Shown here piece by piece: positions 18,004 to 29,279 of a DNA stretch of 64,000 nt. The stretch comes from Nitrospinota bacterium (GTDB taxonomy: Bacteria > Nitrospinota > Nitrospinia > Nitrospinales > VA-1). Position numbers and translations under genes: made by a program. The stretch spans positions 1,647 through 65,646 of the forward strand of contig JACNKA010000124.1 of NCBI GenBank assembly GCA_014382285.1. The letters are read 5' to 3'. Every line of letters starts with the position of its first letter. Position 1 is the stretch's first letter. The notes beneath the pieces are model-generated. The model was not told the DNA's origin, did no database searches, and saw only the letters and a program-made list of their open reading frames with translations.

Positions 18004-19371
18004 ATGAGAATACTCATTGTGGGTGCCGGCATAGTCGGCTACAACCTCGCGCAGGAACTTTCCCAGGAAGGCCATGATATCGCTATCGTGGATCAGGATC
18101 CGGAAAGAATTCGGCGCATTACTGACACGCTGGATGTTATGGCTGTCGAAGGCAATGCCTGTTTGCCCAGCGTACTCGTGAAGGCTGGAATCAAATCCTC
18201 CGCAATGCTGATCGCCGTCACCGAAAAAGATGAGATCAATTTACTCTCCTGTTTTCTAGCATCCCGATTTAATGTTTCCAAGCGCTTTGCCAGACTCCGC
18301 CATATGGAGTTCACCAACCAAGAAAGAATTTTCTCTCCAGAAGAATTGTTCATCGACCATGCCATCAACCCCGGTCAGATCATTGTTGAAACCATTCTTA
18401 AAATTCTTGCAACGCCCGGAGTGGTCAGCGTCGCAGAATTTGCCGGGGGTGAAGTTCTGCTACGGGAATTTGACGTACCAGAAAATGCCCCCATTGCAGG
18501 CAAGAGCATTCAGGATATCCGCAATATCACGCAAATGGACTCGTTTCTGATTGTCGCTATTGTTCGCGGCGGCGAACTGGTCATCCCAAAAGATCAGGAT
18601 GTCCTCCAGGCTGGCGACCGGTTTTACACCTTGATCGACAAGGAATTTCTACCTTTCTTTCTGCCCATGCTGAACCGGACTATGGATCAGGTGGAAAAAA
18701 TTATCATTTATGGTGCCACGTCCACATCCACCCAGTTGGCCATGATCCTGGAAGAAAATATGCGTGACGTATGTATTATTGAGCCTTCCAGGGAAAAAGC
18801 TCACCGGGCCGCCGATCAACTCGAGCGCACGGTGGTTCTGCATGGCAGTGGCACCGACATGGACTTATTCAACGAGATCAACATGAAGGATGCCGATTTT
18901 TTTCTGGCTCTCTCCCATGACGATGAAAACAATATTCTTTCTGCCTTGCTGGCAAAAAAGTATGGCGCCAAACGCGCCCTGGTCATCACCCATGACCCGG
19001 AATACCTGCCCATTCTAGATTCTATCGGAATGGATATCACCATTAACCCACGACTCATCACAGTCAGTGCCATCCTGAAACATTTGCGGAAAGGCCAGGT
19101 CATGTCCGTCTTCAAGCTGATTGAAGACGCCGAGGTGATGGAGATCGGGGTGGAAGAAGACTCTTTTATTGCCAATAAACTGATCGGCAAAATCAATTTC
19201 CCTAAAGGTGCCATCATCGGAGCCCTCCTCAGACAAGGTGAAATGTTGCTCCCCAATGACGAGGTCACCATCGAAGCGGGTGATTCAGTCATCGTGGTGG
19301 CCCTGCCCGGAACCATCGAAAAAATCGAGAAGCTGTTCGGCCGCAAGAGATCTTTCCTGCCTTTCCGATGA
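18004..19371 (+). CDS. trkA: Trk potassium uptake system NAD-binding subunit TrkA
   Basis: Two Rossmann motifs (MRILIVGAGIVGYNLA and IIIYGATSTSTQLA) plus TrkA-C domains. ATG at 18004 is preferred over the TTG at 17995 used in the track. Confidence 0.9.
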   Translation: MRILIVGAGIVGYNLAQELSQEGHDIAIVDQDPERIRRITDTLDVMAVEGNACLPSVLVKAGIKSSAMLIAVTEKDEINLLSCFLASRFNVSKRFARLRHMEFTNQERIFSPEELFIDHAINPGQIIVETILKILATPGVVSVAEFAGGEVLLREFDVPENAPIAGKSIQDIRNITQMDSFLIVAIVRGGELVIPKDQDVLQAGDRFYTLIDKEFLPFFLPMLNRTMDQVEKIIIYGATSTSTQLAMILEENMRDVCIIEPSREKAHRAADQLERTVVLHGSGTDMDLFNEINMKDADFFLALSHDDENNILSALLAKKYGAKRALVITHDPEYLPILDSIGMDITINPRLITVSAILKHLRKGQVMSVFKLIEDAEVMEIGVEEDSFIANKLIGKINFPKGAIIGALLRQGEMLLPNDEVTIEAGDSVIVVALPGTIEKIEKLFGRKRSFLPFR

Positions 19372-20840
19372 ATATCCAGTCCATCTTCAATGTTGTGGGA
19401 GTTCTGCTCGTCCTTCTTTCCGGGTTGCTTCTGGTGCCCATGGGCGTCGCGCTGTATTTCGGCGATGCTCCCATTGAAGGTTTCATGTCCGAGACCTCAG
19501 CATTTGGCTGGGCGTTTGGACTCAGCCTGGCAACTGGCCTGATATTGTGGAAACTGCTCCCCTCTGGATTAGCAAAACTTCGCGACCGTGAAGGATTTGC
19601 CATAGTCACCGTTTCCTGGCTGTCGATGTCTGCGTTCGGCGCACTCCCACTTTATTTAAGCGGAACCTGCCCGGAATTCATTGACGCATTCTTTGAAAGC
19701 ACCAGCGGTTTCACCACCACCGGAGCTTCCATCCTTCAGGATATTGATGTGGTGCCTCACGGCATCCTGTTCTGGAGAAACCTGATGCAGTGGATCGGGG
19801 GAATGGGAATCATTCTGCTTTCTCTGGCCATCTTTCCCATGCTGGGAATCGGCAGCTTCCACCTGTTCAAGGCGGAGATTCCAGGCGGATCTACAGTGGA
19901 ACAAACGCAGCCCCGGCTGGCCGAGACCGCAAAAATCCTTTGGAAAACATATATGACTCTGACGCTTATCGAAATTCTTGCTCTGCGATTTGCCGGTTTA
20001 AGTTGGTTCGACTCGGTTTGCCACACCTTTTCCACGGTGGCAACGGGTGGGTTTTCTCCACACAATGGCAGTATCGGCACTTTGAACAACGTCTATATCG
20101 AGAGCATCATCATTCTTTTCATGTTTCTGGGTGGAATCAACTTTGCCTTGCACTTTCAATTGGTTCGAAGAAATTTTTCCGTCATCTTCAAGAACCCGGA
20201 GTTCCGGGCCTATTGCGCGTTGATTCTCGCAGGTATCCTGTTTGTAACCTGGGGCCTCACCCGCGTTTCTGAAACCGGGGATGCCGGCCAGGCATTTCGC
20301 AGTGCGGCTTTCACCGTGGTTTCCATTAATACCACCACAGGTTTCGTCACGGATGATTTTAATTTATGGCCGGAATATTTAAAGCTTTTTCTCGTTACTA
20401 TTATGATGATAGGAGGATGCTCCGGCTCCACCAGCGGATCGTTCAAAGTCATTCGCATTATCATCCTGCTAAAAATCATTATGCGGGAGCTGAAAAACCT
20501 GGTACACCCTCGCGCCATTTTCCATGTCAAAGTGGGGGATAAAACCGTTGATGCGGATGACCTTTCCAATGTTGCCGCTTTGACCTTCCTGTTCATGGGC
20601 TTTACCGCCTTAGGCGGGATTCTTCTTTCCGCAATGGGCGTGGACCCCACCACGGCCTTGTCGGCAACCGTGGCTTCTCTGTTCAATATAGGTCCAGGTC
20701 TTGGCACTGTAGGGGCTATGGGAAATTATTCTACAATCCCCGCTATGGGAAAAGGTGTTCTCATCTTTTTTATGCTCTTAGGAAGACTTGAAATATACGG
20801 TGTTATTCTGCTTTTTCTGCCTATGACATGGCGCAAATAA
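19368..20840 (+). CDS. trkH: Trk potassium uptake system membrane subunit TrkH
   Basis: 490-aa polytopic protein with repeated selectivity-filter-like motifs (TTTGAS, ATGGFS, TTTGFV, GSTSGS). Overlaps the trkA stop by 4 nt. Confidence 0.9.
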   Translation: MNIQSIFNVVGVLLVLLSGLLLVPMGVALYFGDAPIEGFMSETSAFGWAFGLSLATGLILWKLLPSGLAKLRDREGFAIVTVSWLSMSAFGALPLYLSGTCPEFIDAFFESTSGFTTTGASILQDIDVVPHGILFWRNLMQWIGGMGIILLSLAIFPMLGIGSFHLFKAEIPGGSTVEQTQPRLAETAKILWKTYMTLTLIEILALRFAGLSWFDSVCHTFSTVATGGFSPHNGSIGTLNNVYIESIIILFMFLGGINFALHFQLVRRNFSVIFKNPEFRAYCALILAGILFVTWGLTRVSETGDAGQAFRSAAFTVVSINTTTGFVTDDFNLWPEYLKLFLVTIMMIGGCSGSTSGSFKVIRIIILLKIIMRELKNLVHPRAIFHVKVGDKTVDADDLSNVAALTFLFMGFTALGGILLSAMGVDPTTALSATVASLFNIGPGLGTVGAMGNYSTIPAMGKGVLIFFMLLGRLEIYGVILLFLPMTWRK

Positions 20841-21054
20841 GTGTTGATTTTGACCCGGCAATAAACTAGACTTCTTGGTTTCAGCTCGAACTTTATCTCT
20901 GGCTTTTCCTAAAATCCCCAGGCAAGAACCTGACCGGTTTTTAGGAAAAGCGAGAGGGGAAAGTGGGTCATAAGAGTTTCGGGATGATAGCCGCAATGAA
21001 TTATTATGATCAACTATCAGGGGTATCCCTGATTCCGGAAGGAAATTAATTAGT

Positions 21055-22818
21055 ATGGAAACCAACCCTCTTAAGATTACCGAGCTTGTCTTGCGGGATG
21101 CGCACCAATCTCTTCTTGCTACCCGGATGCGAACCGAAGACATGCTCCCCATCGCCGAAAAACTCGATCGAGTCGGTTTTTTCTCTCTGGAAATGTGGGG
21201 CGGGGCGACCTTTGATACCTGCATCCGATTCCTCAATGAAGATCCTTGGGAGCGCGCCCGAGCCCTCAAGAAAAAAATGCCCAACACCCCATTGCAAATG
21301 TTGCTGAGAGGACAAAATGCCGTGGGTTACCGGCACTATGCTGATGATATTGTCGAACGATTTGTCAAACAATCGGTAGAGGTCGGAATTAATATATTCA
21401 GAATATTCGATGCCCTCAATGACTTTCGTAACATTGAAACCGCTGTTAAAACTGTAAAAAAATGCGGTGAAACCGTTGAAGGATGTATCAGCTACACCGT
21501 CAGCCCGGTTCATAATATCGAACTCTACCTTGCTATGGGGAAAAGGCTGGAGGATATGGGTTCTGACATTCTTTGCATTAAAGACATGGCGGGCCTCCTG
21601 ACTCCCGATGTGACCCGGACCCTGATTACTGAACTTAAAAAAAGTATCAAGCTTCCAATCCATTTGCACACTCATGCAACAACCGGACTTGTGGGCATGA
21701 ACATGCAGTCTGCTATAGATGCCGGGGTAGATATAGTGGATACAGCCATCTCCTCCTTATCCATGGGGACATCCCATTACGCTACGGAATGCATAGTGGC
21801 CGCCTTGAAAGACACCCCCAGAGATACCGGCCTGGATCTCGAATTGCTTGAAGAAATCAACGATTACTTCACCGTAGTGAGGAAAAACTATGCGGAGTTT
21901 GAAAGCGATTTCAAGAGTGTGGATATTAATATCCTCAAGTCGCAAATTCCCGGTGGCATGATTTCCAATATGGAAAACCAGTTGCGGGAACAAAATGCCC
22001 TCGACAAACTCGATGAAGTGCTTAAAGAGGTTCCCCGTGTGCGAAAAGAAATGGGCTACCCTCCTCTGGTCACGCCCACGAGTCAGATAGTCGGCTCCCA
22101 GGCAACTTTGAACGTAATGACGGGGGAACGCTATAAAGTAATCTCCAAGGAAACCCGACAGTGCGTGTTGGGCAATTACGGAAAACTGCCCGCTCCTATT
22201 GATGAAGAATTATTGAAAAAAGTTTCTGTAGACGGGAAGATCACAGACTGCCGTCCCGCTGATTTGCTCGAACCTGAATGGGACAAAGTTTGCGAGGAAC
22301 TGGGCGATGCATACACCAGCGAAGAAGATCGGTTGACGTATGCGTTGTTTCCAAAAGTAGCTCTGAAGTTTTTTAAAACTCGAGGAAAACCTCAGCCAAA
22401 AAGCGTCCCGGCACAGGCAAGCGCACCAGCTGCCGCAAACGCACCAGCTGCCGTAGCCGCTCCGGCTGCCGCAGGGTCTTCAGTTTATAATGTTCGAGTA
22501 AATGGAAAAGATTATGCCGTTGAAGTCTCTACCGGAGGGGCCGTTGGCGCAGCAATAGCTCCTGTAGCATCCGTTGGAGCTCCGGTGGCAGTCAGCACTG
22601 CAAACGGTTCACCCTTGTTGGCACCTCTTCCAGGGGCCATCATCTCCATAAAATGCAAGGAAGGAGATGCCGTGAATGAGGGCGATGCCGTTCTTGTTAT
22701 GGAATCTATGAAAATGGAATCCGAAATCATTGCCCATCAATCCGGAACTATTCGATCCATCCTGGTTAAAGAAGGCGATAACGTAAAGACTGGCGATGAA
22801 CTCGTCACCATAAGTTGA
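21055..22818 (+). CDS. oadA: Oxaloacetate decarboxylase alpha subunit (carboxyltransferase + biotinyl domain)
   Basis: [13 protein letters not shown] carboxyltransferase (HMGL-like/5S) N-terminus, Ala/Pro linker, and C-terminal biotinyl domain with the ESMKME biotinylation motif. Followed by the beta and gamma membrane subunits. Confidence 0.8.
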   Translation: METNPLKITELVLRDAHQSLLATRMRTEDMLPIAEKLDRVGFFSLEMWGGATFDTCIRFLNEDPWERARALKKKMPNTPLQMLLRGQNAVGYRHYADDIVERFVKQSVEVGINIFRIFDALNDFRNIETAVKTVKKCGETVEGCISYTVSPVHNIELYLAMGKRLEDMGSDILCIKDMAGLLTPDVTRTLITELKKSIKLPIHLHTHATTGLVGMNMQSAIDAGVDIVDTAISSLSMGTSHYATECIVAALKDTPRDTGLDLELLEEINDYFTVVRKNYAEFESDFKSVDINILKSQIPGGMISNMENQLREQNALDKLDEVLKEVPRVRKEMGYPPLVTPTSQIVGSQATLNVMTGERYKVISKETRQCVLGNYGKLPAPIDEELLKKVSVDGKITDCRPADLLEPEWDKVCEELGDAYTSEEDRLTYALFPKVALKFFKTRGKPQPKSVPAQASAPAAANAPAAVAAPAAAGSSVYNVRVNGKDYAVEVSTGGAVGAAIAPVASVGAPVAVSTANGSPLLAPLPGAIISIKCKEGDAVNEGDAVLVMESMKMESEIIAHQSGTIRSILVKEGDNVKTGDELVTIS

Positions 22819-24056
22819 TGGAATTCAGTTTCGGCGCGTCCGCGTCCAAGATATTAACCACCACCGGCTTCTCCAGCTTGGAAAGTGGTCATATAATCAT
22901 GATTCTGGTTTCATGCGTTCTGGTCTATCTCGCGATCTGGAAGAAGTTTGAACCGCTTCTGCTACTTCCCATGGGTTTCGGCTGTCTGCTAGCCAACATT
23001 CCCATGAGCATGATGGCTTACACCGACTCCGGGGGGCTGCTCAACTTTTTTTATCAAGGCATCACGCACGAAATTCTGCCTCCTCTTATTTTCCTGGGAG
23101 TGGGTGCGCTGACAGACTTTGGCCCGCTTTTGGCTAACCCGACAACGCTTCTTCTCGGTGCCGCCGCTCAGGTGGGTGTCTATGTCACCCTCATCGGCGC
23201 TGTACTCCTCGGGTTTAACATGCATGAAGCCAGTGCCATCGGCATCATCGGCGGGGCGGATGGTCCCACATCCATTTTTATAGCCTCCAAGCTGGCTCCG
23301 CATTTGCTCGCTCCGATTGCTGTGGCCGCTTATTCCTATATGTCTCTAGTACCGCTGATCCAACCTCCCATCATGAAACTTTTAACTACGGAGAAAGAGC
23401 GGAAAATTAAAATGGCACAGTTGAAGCCAATATCCCAAACGGTGAAGATTCTTTTCCCCGTGGTGGTGACCATCGTCTGTTGTTTGATGTTACCCGGCGT
23501 CACCCCGCTTTTGGGAATGTTGATGCTGGGCAACCTGTTCCGCGAATCCGGGGTCACCGCCCGCTTGCACGAAACAGCAGAAACTCATTTGATCAACATC
23601 GTCACTATTCTTTTAGCGTTGGCCGTAGGTTCTTCCATGACCGCCAGTTCTTTTTTGCGACTTGAAACCCTGAAAATTATTGCGCTGGGCTTGTTGGCTT
23701 TCTGTATTGCCACAATCGGAGGCATGGTTTTTGGAAAAATCATGTGTAAAATGACCGGGGGCCGGGTTAATCCACTCATTGGTTCGGCCGGTGTTTCTGC
23801 GGTTCCCATGGCGGCACGGGTTTCCCAGAAAGTGGGTGCGGATGCAGATCCCTCTAATTTTTTACTGATGCACGCAATGGGACCGAATGTCGCGGGTGTC
23901 ATTGGTAGCGCAGTGGCCGCCGGAGTGTTCATCTCCCTGTTCGGAGATACAGTCCCGGAACCACATGCCGCCATTGCTGATGCAATCGGCACTATAGAAC
24001 CCGGCGCAAAAGCTGCCATCGCCCAAGTGGTCGAAGCTATACAGCAAAACCACTAA
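22818..24056 (+). CDS. oadB: Na+-translocating decarboxylase beta subunit
   Basis: Polytopic 412-aa protein typical of OadB/GcdB/MmdB. Its ATG overlaps the oadA TGA (TGATG). Confidence 0.85.
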   Translation: MEFSFGASASKILTTTGFSSLESGHIIMILVSCVLVYLAIWKKFEPLLLLPMGFGCLLANIPMSMMAYTDSGGLLNFFYQGITHEILPPLIFLGVGALTDFGPLLANPTTLLLGAAAQVGVYVTLIGAVLLGFNMHEASAIGIIGGADGPTSIFIASKLAPHLLAPIAVAAYSYMSLVPLIQPPIMKLLTTEKERKIKMAQLKPISQTVKILFPVVVTIVCCLMLPGVTPLLGMLMLGNLFRESGVTARLHETAETHLINIVTILLALAVGSSMTASSFLRLETLKIIALGLLAFCIATIGGMVFGKIMCKMTGGRVNPLIGSAGVSAVPMAARVSQKVGADADPSNFLLMHAMGPNVAGVIGSAVAAGVFISLFGDTVPEPHAAIADAIGTIEPGAKAAIAQVVEAIQQNH

Positions 24057-24067
24057 AAGGAAAAACT

Positions 24068-24337
24068 ATGGAAACTTCATTTCTCGCAGCCGTTAACGTT
24101 TCTATTCTGGCTATGGCAGTGATTTTTACCGTTCTGACTGTTTTGATCTTCACCATTCAGGGTCTGGTAAAACTGATCCCCTATCAAGCTCCCCCTCCCG
24201 CACCCTCAAGGCGCCAAACTGCGTCTTCTGCAGGCGACGACCAAGACAATCATGCTGCCGTCATTACTGCGGTGCTAGCCATGCACATGGGGAAGTCACC
24301 CAACGAATTTAGAATCGTCAATATTTCTCAACGATAA
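24068..24337 (+). CDS. oadG: Decarboxylase gamma subunit (OadG-like)
   Basis: 89 aa with one N-terminal TM helix and a Pro/Ala-rich tail. Position is directly after oadB. Confidence 0.6.
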   Translation: METSFLAAVNVSILAMAVIFTVLTVLIFTIQGLVKLIPYQAPPPAPSRRQTASSAGDDQDNHAAVITAVLAMHMGKSPNEFRIVNISQR

Positions 24338-24391
24338 AAGTCTTTAAAAATTTTTACGGAATCAAATTATCTGGACTTTTTCAGTTATCTG

Positions 24392-27300
24392 CTAATTATC
24401 TGCGGGAGCTGAGGAAGGTTGTGGCGTTGCATCGGGCAGGTTGTCTGTGATAGGACTCAGGATGTCCTGCGGAGTCTGCAAAATAGCCTGAAAGATTCCC
24501 ACCAACTTTTTCCCCAAGGATGTAAAAGGAATCGCACTAACATCAGGGTCATTAAAATCCCCTTTCACCGCATAATATGTTTTCATCAGACTTTTTTCAT
24601 CGCCGCCAGTTATGATTTTCCCCACTAGTGGAATTTTCGTCAGAAACCGGTCAAGTTGCGCCATAGGGGCGACCCCAACCACCGTATCCATCTGATCGTT
24701 CACCAGATCAAAACTACCGACTATGGATGTTCTCCGGTTTTTGGTTTCGAACACAAAGTTTTCTGTTTCAAGGACTCCACCTTTAGAAACAAAATCTCCG
24801 GAAATCTGTCTAAAGGGAGAGGGCTTGTCCTCTTCCAAGGGGGTAGATTGAGGCATCGAACTGAACAACCTGCGAACCCCTCTTTTAAGCCTGTCTGAGT
24901 TTATATTTCCTGATTGCATATCCAGAGAAATTTTACCGGACAAGGATTTAGAAATTTCCATCCAGTCTTTCCCGCGGCCCATCATCTGGACATCAACCTT
25001 TTTCACTTTTCCACTTAAACTGTCTCCAAATACATCGCCAAAAAAACCAAACAGGTTTTTTGTTTCCATATCCTGGGCGTAAATGCCTCCTTCAAAATGC
25101 CCAACACCCTGGGAGTCAATCAACATTCTCCCCTCACTTTTAACCGATGTGTTAGCAGCAAAAGTCATATCCGTCATTTCTATTTCTCTGTTTTTCAGGA
25201 CAATGCTTCCTGCAACCTGATCCAGATTTAACAGTTTGTAGCCCAATCGATCCAAATTAAACCTTATCCGGCCCTTGCCCTTGGCAAAAAATTCAGACTG
25301 GTTCAGCCGGCCTATGAGAGATGTTTCTTCACCCTGCCATTCGGGAAATATTTCATCGATGTCCAATCCCTTTCCGGCAAGATTCAAATCCAGGCTGGGA
25401 GAATCACCCCTATGATAAACGCCGGAAAACCTGAGCCCACTTTGACCGGACTTGATATTTCCCGAACGAATGTCCAAGCGGTTCTCCTTAAACTTCAAGC
25501 TGGCATCCACCGTCAAGAACGATAAAAAGTTTTTCGGGCGGATTTTCAGCTTCTTCAATTTCATCTCACCCTCAAACTTTGAACCCTGAAGGTCATTCAA
25601 GTTGCCAGAACCAATAATTTCAAAATCAGTGCTTCCGTCCATCTCTGCATCAAAAAATCGAAAAAACTGCTGGGAAGGATAAGCCTGGAAATTGTTGGCC
25701 GCCAGACTGATAGTGAATTCGGGGTTATCGAGATCAGGAATTCGGACAGTTCCTGAAACCTGGTTTCCGCCCAACTCATAAGACCATTTGTCGATAGTCA
25801 ACCCACCATTTTTTAAAACACTCCCTTTGGCCTTGAACTTACTCAAGGCGTTGGGCCGTTTTTCCATAAAACCGGGCACTTGAAACCCCACCTGTGCCAG
25901 ATCAGCCCGATGTTCGAAAGTGAAAGAGTCCCGGTTTCCATCCAAATTCAGGGAAACGTGGGCAGGACCAGAAAACTTCAAGTCTTCGAAGAGAGGAATA
26001 TCTTTCAAGTCGGACTGCACAAGTCCCGGGAAATTTAGACGGAGAGCATACTCCAGTGTCTTGATATTCCTGCGGTCGATTTCCCCTTCCAGTTGAACCG
26101 GTGAATCACCATACCGACCATTCAAGTTCTCCAACCTTATCTTTCCATCGCCATAGGAAATATTACCGTTCAGATTTATCATCGCCTGCAACCGGTCTGG
26201 ATATCTCATGGAGAAGTTTTTCAGTTCAATTTTGCCCCACTCCTTTTCAGTTGCTGGCTTAGTTGGATTGCCCTGCGACTGGTACTCCATAATTAGTTCG
26301 CCAGAAGTGAAGTCCAGACCTTCCTTCAGGCTCACCAGAGCATCCTGAGAATTATCAGACAGGACATAGGGCAAATCGCTGGATACAATTTTGTAGGTCG
26401 ATGATATTTTTTCCAGAGGCTCTCCATTACGAAAACCTATCTCCCCATTCATACCTGAAAAAGAGCTCTTGGAAAAATTTCCGGAAAGATTGTCATACCG
26501 GATGACCGGAATCCAGGAAGCGTCTTTGTGCTTGTCCGCCTCGGGCGTATGAGTGTAAATAATTTCCCCATTCAGGTTTTTCAGTCGCGGCTCAAATCCT
26601 TCGTCATTGAGCGAAACATCCTGCAGGCCAATCTTCCCAGAGATCGCCAGCTTGTCAAAATCATCCAACGGGCCCTTCACATCCAGGCGAACTTTTGCAG
26701 TCCCTTCAAACTCATCGTAAACCGCAATAGAATCGAATAAGGGATGCCCTTTGAAAATCCTTTTCAGGGTTCCATGGAACTGACTCATCTCCACTTCGTT
26801 TTCGACTTTAAGATCCACCAACGGGCTCGTCATGATGTCCGCGATCGTTCCATGCACATTGGTGATGGGCTGATTCTCATACATGGCTTTAGCAATATGC
26901 AGAGTGGCGTTCCCTTTGCTCACACTGAAAGCCCCCGTCACATTCTGCAACGCTGGCAAAGGGGCCTGCCAGTCCACGTGCTTCATTTCAAATTCTGAAG
27001 AAATTAAACCTCGATTTTCTTCCTGCGCCAGTTCCCTAAGCTGGTCCAGGCTTCCTGCAAATTTCAATGACTTTATTTTGATTGAACCGTTTTTAAACCG
27101 GGACTGCACCAACGCATGATATTCCTCCGGGAAAAACTTCAACGGAAGGTAGTCGATGCTTTTATTAACCTGAAAGGAATCGGAAACCAGATCAAAAGAG
27201 ACAGAAGGTTCTTTGGACAGAAAATTCGTGAGGGAAGCCTTGGCCGTGAATTGAAAGGGGCCGGACTCCGATTTCAATTCTTCAATATGAAGGGAATCCT

Positions 27301-28246
27301 GGTCAAGGGAAATCTTGTATTCTAACCCACCGCGATGGGGCACACGCGCATCTCTCAATGTTGCGCGCTCTTTATTTGAGTCGGAAGAATATTTCAGCGT
27401 GCCTTCCGTTTTCAGGGCACCACCAAGATTCCCTGAAAAACTGGACTTCAAAGACAACAGGCTGTCGAGAGGTGCTTTAGTCAGAACCTTTTTCAAATAA
27501 GGCTGAAAATTTGAAACATTCAGTTCATCGACCCGAACCTTGCCGTTAATGGAAATGTCAGTAAAACCCTGATCTTTAGAAAAGTTGTCAAACGCTCCTG
27601 AAACCTGGAAAGCGGTGGGTGTACTCCCGCTGGGAATTTCTCCTTGTAAATTGAATTGGAAAGGAGAATCAAGAAGGCTTTTTCGCACAGAAAAATAAAT
27701 ATGCTTCAGGCTCAATGGCAGAGGATCATCAGGAGAACGGTTAAAATAATCCTGAAAATGTATGGCCCCATCTTCCACCATGAGCTGATTCATGAGGCTG
27801 ACTCTTAGAACTTTGAACAAACCGCTTTCGGCAGGCTGGGTGATCCACTTCCTCAGGTTTCCTAAACTGAACCGCCCCTTGGCATCGCGGACCATCCTGA
27901 GAGATGCCCCCTGAACAATAATTTTCTTAACTTCAACCCGCTTGCCCAGTAACGGCAGCAACCGAACCACCACCCACACACTGCGGGCCTGCAGTTCAGG
28001 TTCCTCGGCAAACCGAGACTTTACCGAAACATCTTTCAGGCGAATGCTGAGGCCGCGAACAATATCCATCTCCGCCTCACCTATTTTCACTTCCCGCCGA
28101 GTCAACTCCTCCAGCTTATCTATAGCGAGTGTTTTGATCTCTCCCAGATTACGCAATTGATAATAAGCCAGGGAACAGACGGAAATCGCCCCAAGCATCA
28201 ACGTAAACAGAGAATAAAAAATGACCCTTTTGCGGTAAAGCGGCAT
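24392..28246 (-). CDS. Giant AsmA-family protein (YhdP-like)
   Basis: 1284 aa with an N-terminal TM anchor (VIFYSLFTLMLGAISVCSLAYY). The body is long and beta-rich, with size and layout like YhdP. Confidence 0.6.
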   Translation of the reverse strand: MPLYRKRVIFYSLFTLMLGAISVCSLAYYQLRNLGEIKTLAIDKLEELTRREVKIGEAEMDIVRGLSIRLKDVSVKSRFAEEPELQARSVWVVVRLLPLLGKRVEVKKIIVQGASLRMVRDAKGRFSLGNLRKWITQPAESGLFKVLRVSLMNQLMVEDGAIHFQDYFNRSPDDPLPLSLKHIYFSVRKSLLDSPFQFNLQGEIPSGSTPTAFQVSGAFDNFSKDQGFTDISINGKVRVDELNVSNFQPYLKKVLTKAPLDSLLSLKSSFSGNLGGALKTEGTLKYSSDSNKERATLRDARVPHRGGLEYKISLDQDSLHIEELKSESGPFQFTAKASLTNFLSKEPSVSFDLVSDSFQVNKSIDYLPLKFFPEEYHALVQSRFKNGSIKIKSLKFAGSLDQLRELAQEENRGLISSEFEMKHVDWQAPLPALQNVTGAFSVSKGNATLHIAKAMYENQPITNVHGTIADIMTSPLVDLKVENEVEMSQFHGTLKRIFKGHPLFDSIAVYDEFEGTAKVRLDVKGPLDDFDKLAISGKIGLQDVSLNDEGFEPRLKNLNGEIIYTHTPEADKHKDASWIPVIRYDNLSGNFSKSSFSGMNGEIGFRNGEPLEKISSTYKIVSSDLPYVLSDNSQDALVSLKEGLDFTSGELIMEYQSQGNPTKPATEKEWGKIELKNFSMRYPDRLQAMINLNGNISYGDGKIRLENLNGRYGDSPVQLEGEIDRRNIKTLEYALRLNFPGLVQSDLKDIPLFEDLKFSGPAHVSLNLDGNRDSFTFEHRADLAQVGFQVPGFMEKRPNALSKFKAKGSVLKNGGLTIDKWSYELGGNQVSGTVRIPDLDNPEFTISLAANNFQAYPSQQFFRFFDAEMDGSTDFEIIGSGNLNDLQGSKFEGEMKLKKLKIRPKNFLSFLTVDASLKFKENRLDIRSGNIKSGQSGLRFSGVYHRGDSPSLDLNLAGKGLDIDEIFPEWQGEETSLIGRLNQSEFFAKGKGRIRFNLDRLGYKLLNLDQVAGSIVLKNREIEMTDMTFAANTSVKSEGRMLIDSQGVGHFEGGIYAQDMETKNLFGFFGDVFGDSLSGKVKKVDVQMMGRGKDWMEISKSLSGKISLDMQSGNINSDRLKRGVRRLFSSMPQSTPLEEDKPSPFRQISGDFVSKGGVLETENFVFETKNRRTSIVGSFDLVNDQMDTVVGVAPMAQLDRFLTKIPLVGKIITGGDEKSLMKTYYAVKGDFNDPDVSAIPFTSLGKKLVGIFQAILQTPQDILSPITDNLPDATPQPSSAPADN

Positions 28247-28364
28247 ATGTTGGTTTACGGATTGCAGAAAAAGGTTAAAATAGCCTTCGCGGTTTTTTCG
28301 CGGGAAAGAAAAAATCTTCGAGGAAAAGGAGCAAAACCGGTTCGTAACCGCTCAGCAACCACCC

Positions 28365-28388
28365 ATGGATTTAGCTAGTTAAATCCAT
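28365..28388. promoter_or_regulatory. Perfect 9-bp inverted repeat in the divergent intergenic region (possible operator)
   Basis: ATGGATTTA-GCTAGT-TAAATCCAT, lying between the yhdP-like gene start (28246) and the rlmB start (28477). Confidence 0.3.
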
Positions 28389-28476
28389 TGTTTTCATAAT
28401 GTTATAGTTCATTCAGGGCTTTTCGTCCAGAAAAAAACCTGGCGCCCCTTTACACCTTTTTTATATTTAACTACTG

Positions 28477-29244
28477 ATGAAATCTGCAGAACAATCTCTA
28501 ATTGTTGGAATCAACCCGGTAATGGAGGCACTTCTAGCCTCTAAACGACGTTGTTACAGGCTGATTGTGGAGCAGGGTAAAACCCCTCCACGGATTCAGG
28601 CTGTGATCGAACTGGCCAAGGAAAAATGTATTCCCATCGAACCCCTGCCTAAGTCCGCATTTCAAAATAAGTTTAAAAAACAGGTGCATCAAGGAATCGC
28701 AGGATACTTCTCCGTCATCGTGACTCTGGAACTGGAAAGCCTGATCGAAACCGCGTTTCAAAAAAGCTCCCTGCCGACACTTGTCATTCTGGATGGTATT
28801 CAGGACCCGCAAAACCTGGGAGCGATCATCCGGTCAGCGGAAACTCTGGGGATACAGGGGATGATTCTTCCTAAACATGGCACATCGTCTCTAACCGAAA
28901 CAGTGGCTAAATGTTCATCGGGAGCCATAGAACATTTACCTATCGCCTGGGTCACCAATCTGGCCCGTTGCATGGAACAACTCAAAGAAGCTGGATTTTG
29001 GATTGCCGGTGTCGTGCCCGATGGAGAGATGCCGTGCTACCAGTACCAATTCGATACTCCTGTGGCACTGGTCATTGGAGGAGAGGAAAAAGGCATTCGG
29101 CCCTTGCTGAAAAAATCCTGTGATGTCACGCTCGCGATCCCCATGAAAGGCAAATTGGGATCCTTGAACGCAGCATCAGCCAGCACGGTGGTTTTCTACG
29201 AAAACCTGCGTCAGAAAAAAATGCGGGATAACACCAAAGAATAA
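28477..29244 (+). CDS. rlmB: 23S rRNA (guanosine-2'-O)-methyltransferase, SpoU/TrmH family (RlmB-like)
   Basis: SpoU motifs LDGIQDPQNLGAIIRSA, LVIGGEEKGI and SLNAASASTVV. Confidence 0.8.
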   Translation: MKSAEQSLIVGINPVMEALLASKRRCYRLIVEQGKTPPRIQAVIELAKEKCIPIEPLPKSAFQNKFKKQVHQGIAGYFSVIVTLELESLIETAFQKSSLPTLVILDGIQDPQNLGAIIRSAETLGIQGMILPKHGTSSLTETVAKCSSGAIEHLPIAWVTNLARCMEQLKEAGFWIAGVVPDGEMPCYQYQFDTPVALVIGGEEKGIRPLLKKSCDVTLAIPMKGKLGSLNAASASTVVFYENLRQKKMRDNTKE

Positions 29245-29251
29245 ATACACA

Positions 29252-29270
29252 GCCTTCATAATTTGAAGGC
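29252..29270. terminator. Hairpin between convergent rlmB and rpsU (possible bidirectional terminator)
   Basis: GCCTTCA-TAATT-TGAAGGC, a 7-bp stem located between the two stop codons. Confidence 0.45.
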
Positions 29271-29279
29271 GGGTAAAGT

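Noticed and set aside
18816-19346. 176-aa minus-strand ORF inside trkA
   Set aside because: Shadow ORF opposite a well-supported gene, with an S/M/P/R-rich composition.
20903-20950. 12-bp inverted repeat CTTTTCCTAAAA...TTTTAGGAAAAG after trkH as a terminator
   Set aside because: The stem is AT-rich with a 24-nt loop and no U-tract. It is seen only once, so it is not convincing as an intrinsic terminator.
20778-21675. Minus-strand ORFs 20778..21287 and 21046..21675
   Set aside because: They are antisense to oadA or span the trkH-oadA spacer, and no motifs are present. oadA on the plus strand is strongly supported.
23585-24019. 144-aa minus-strand ORF inside oadB
   Set aside because: Antisense to a clear polytopic membrane protein gene, with no independent signals.
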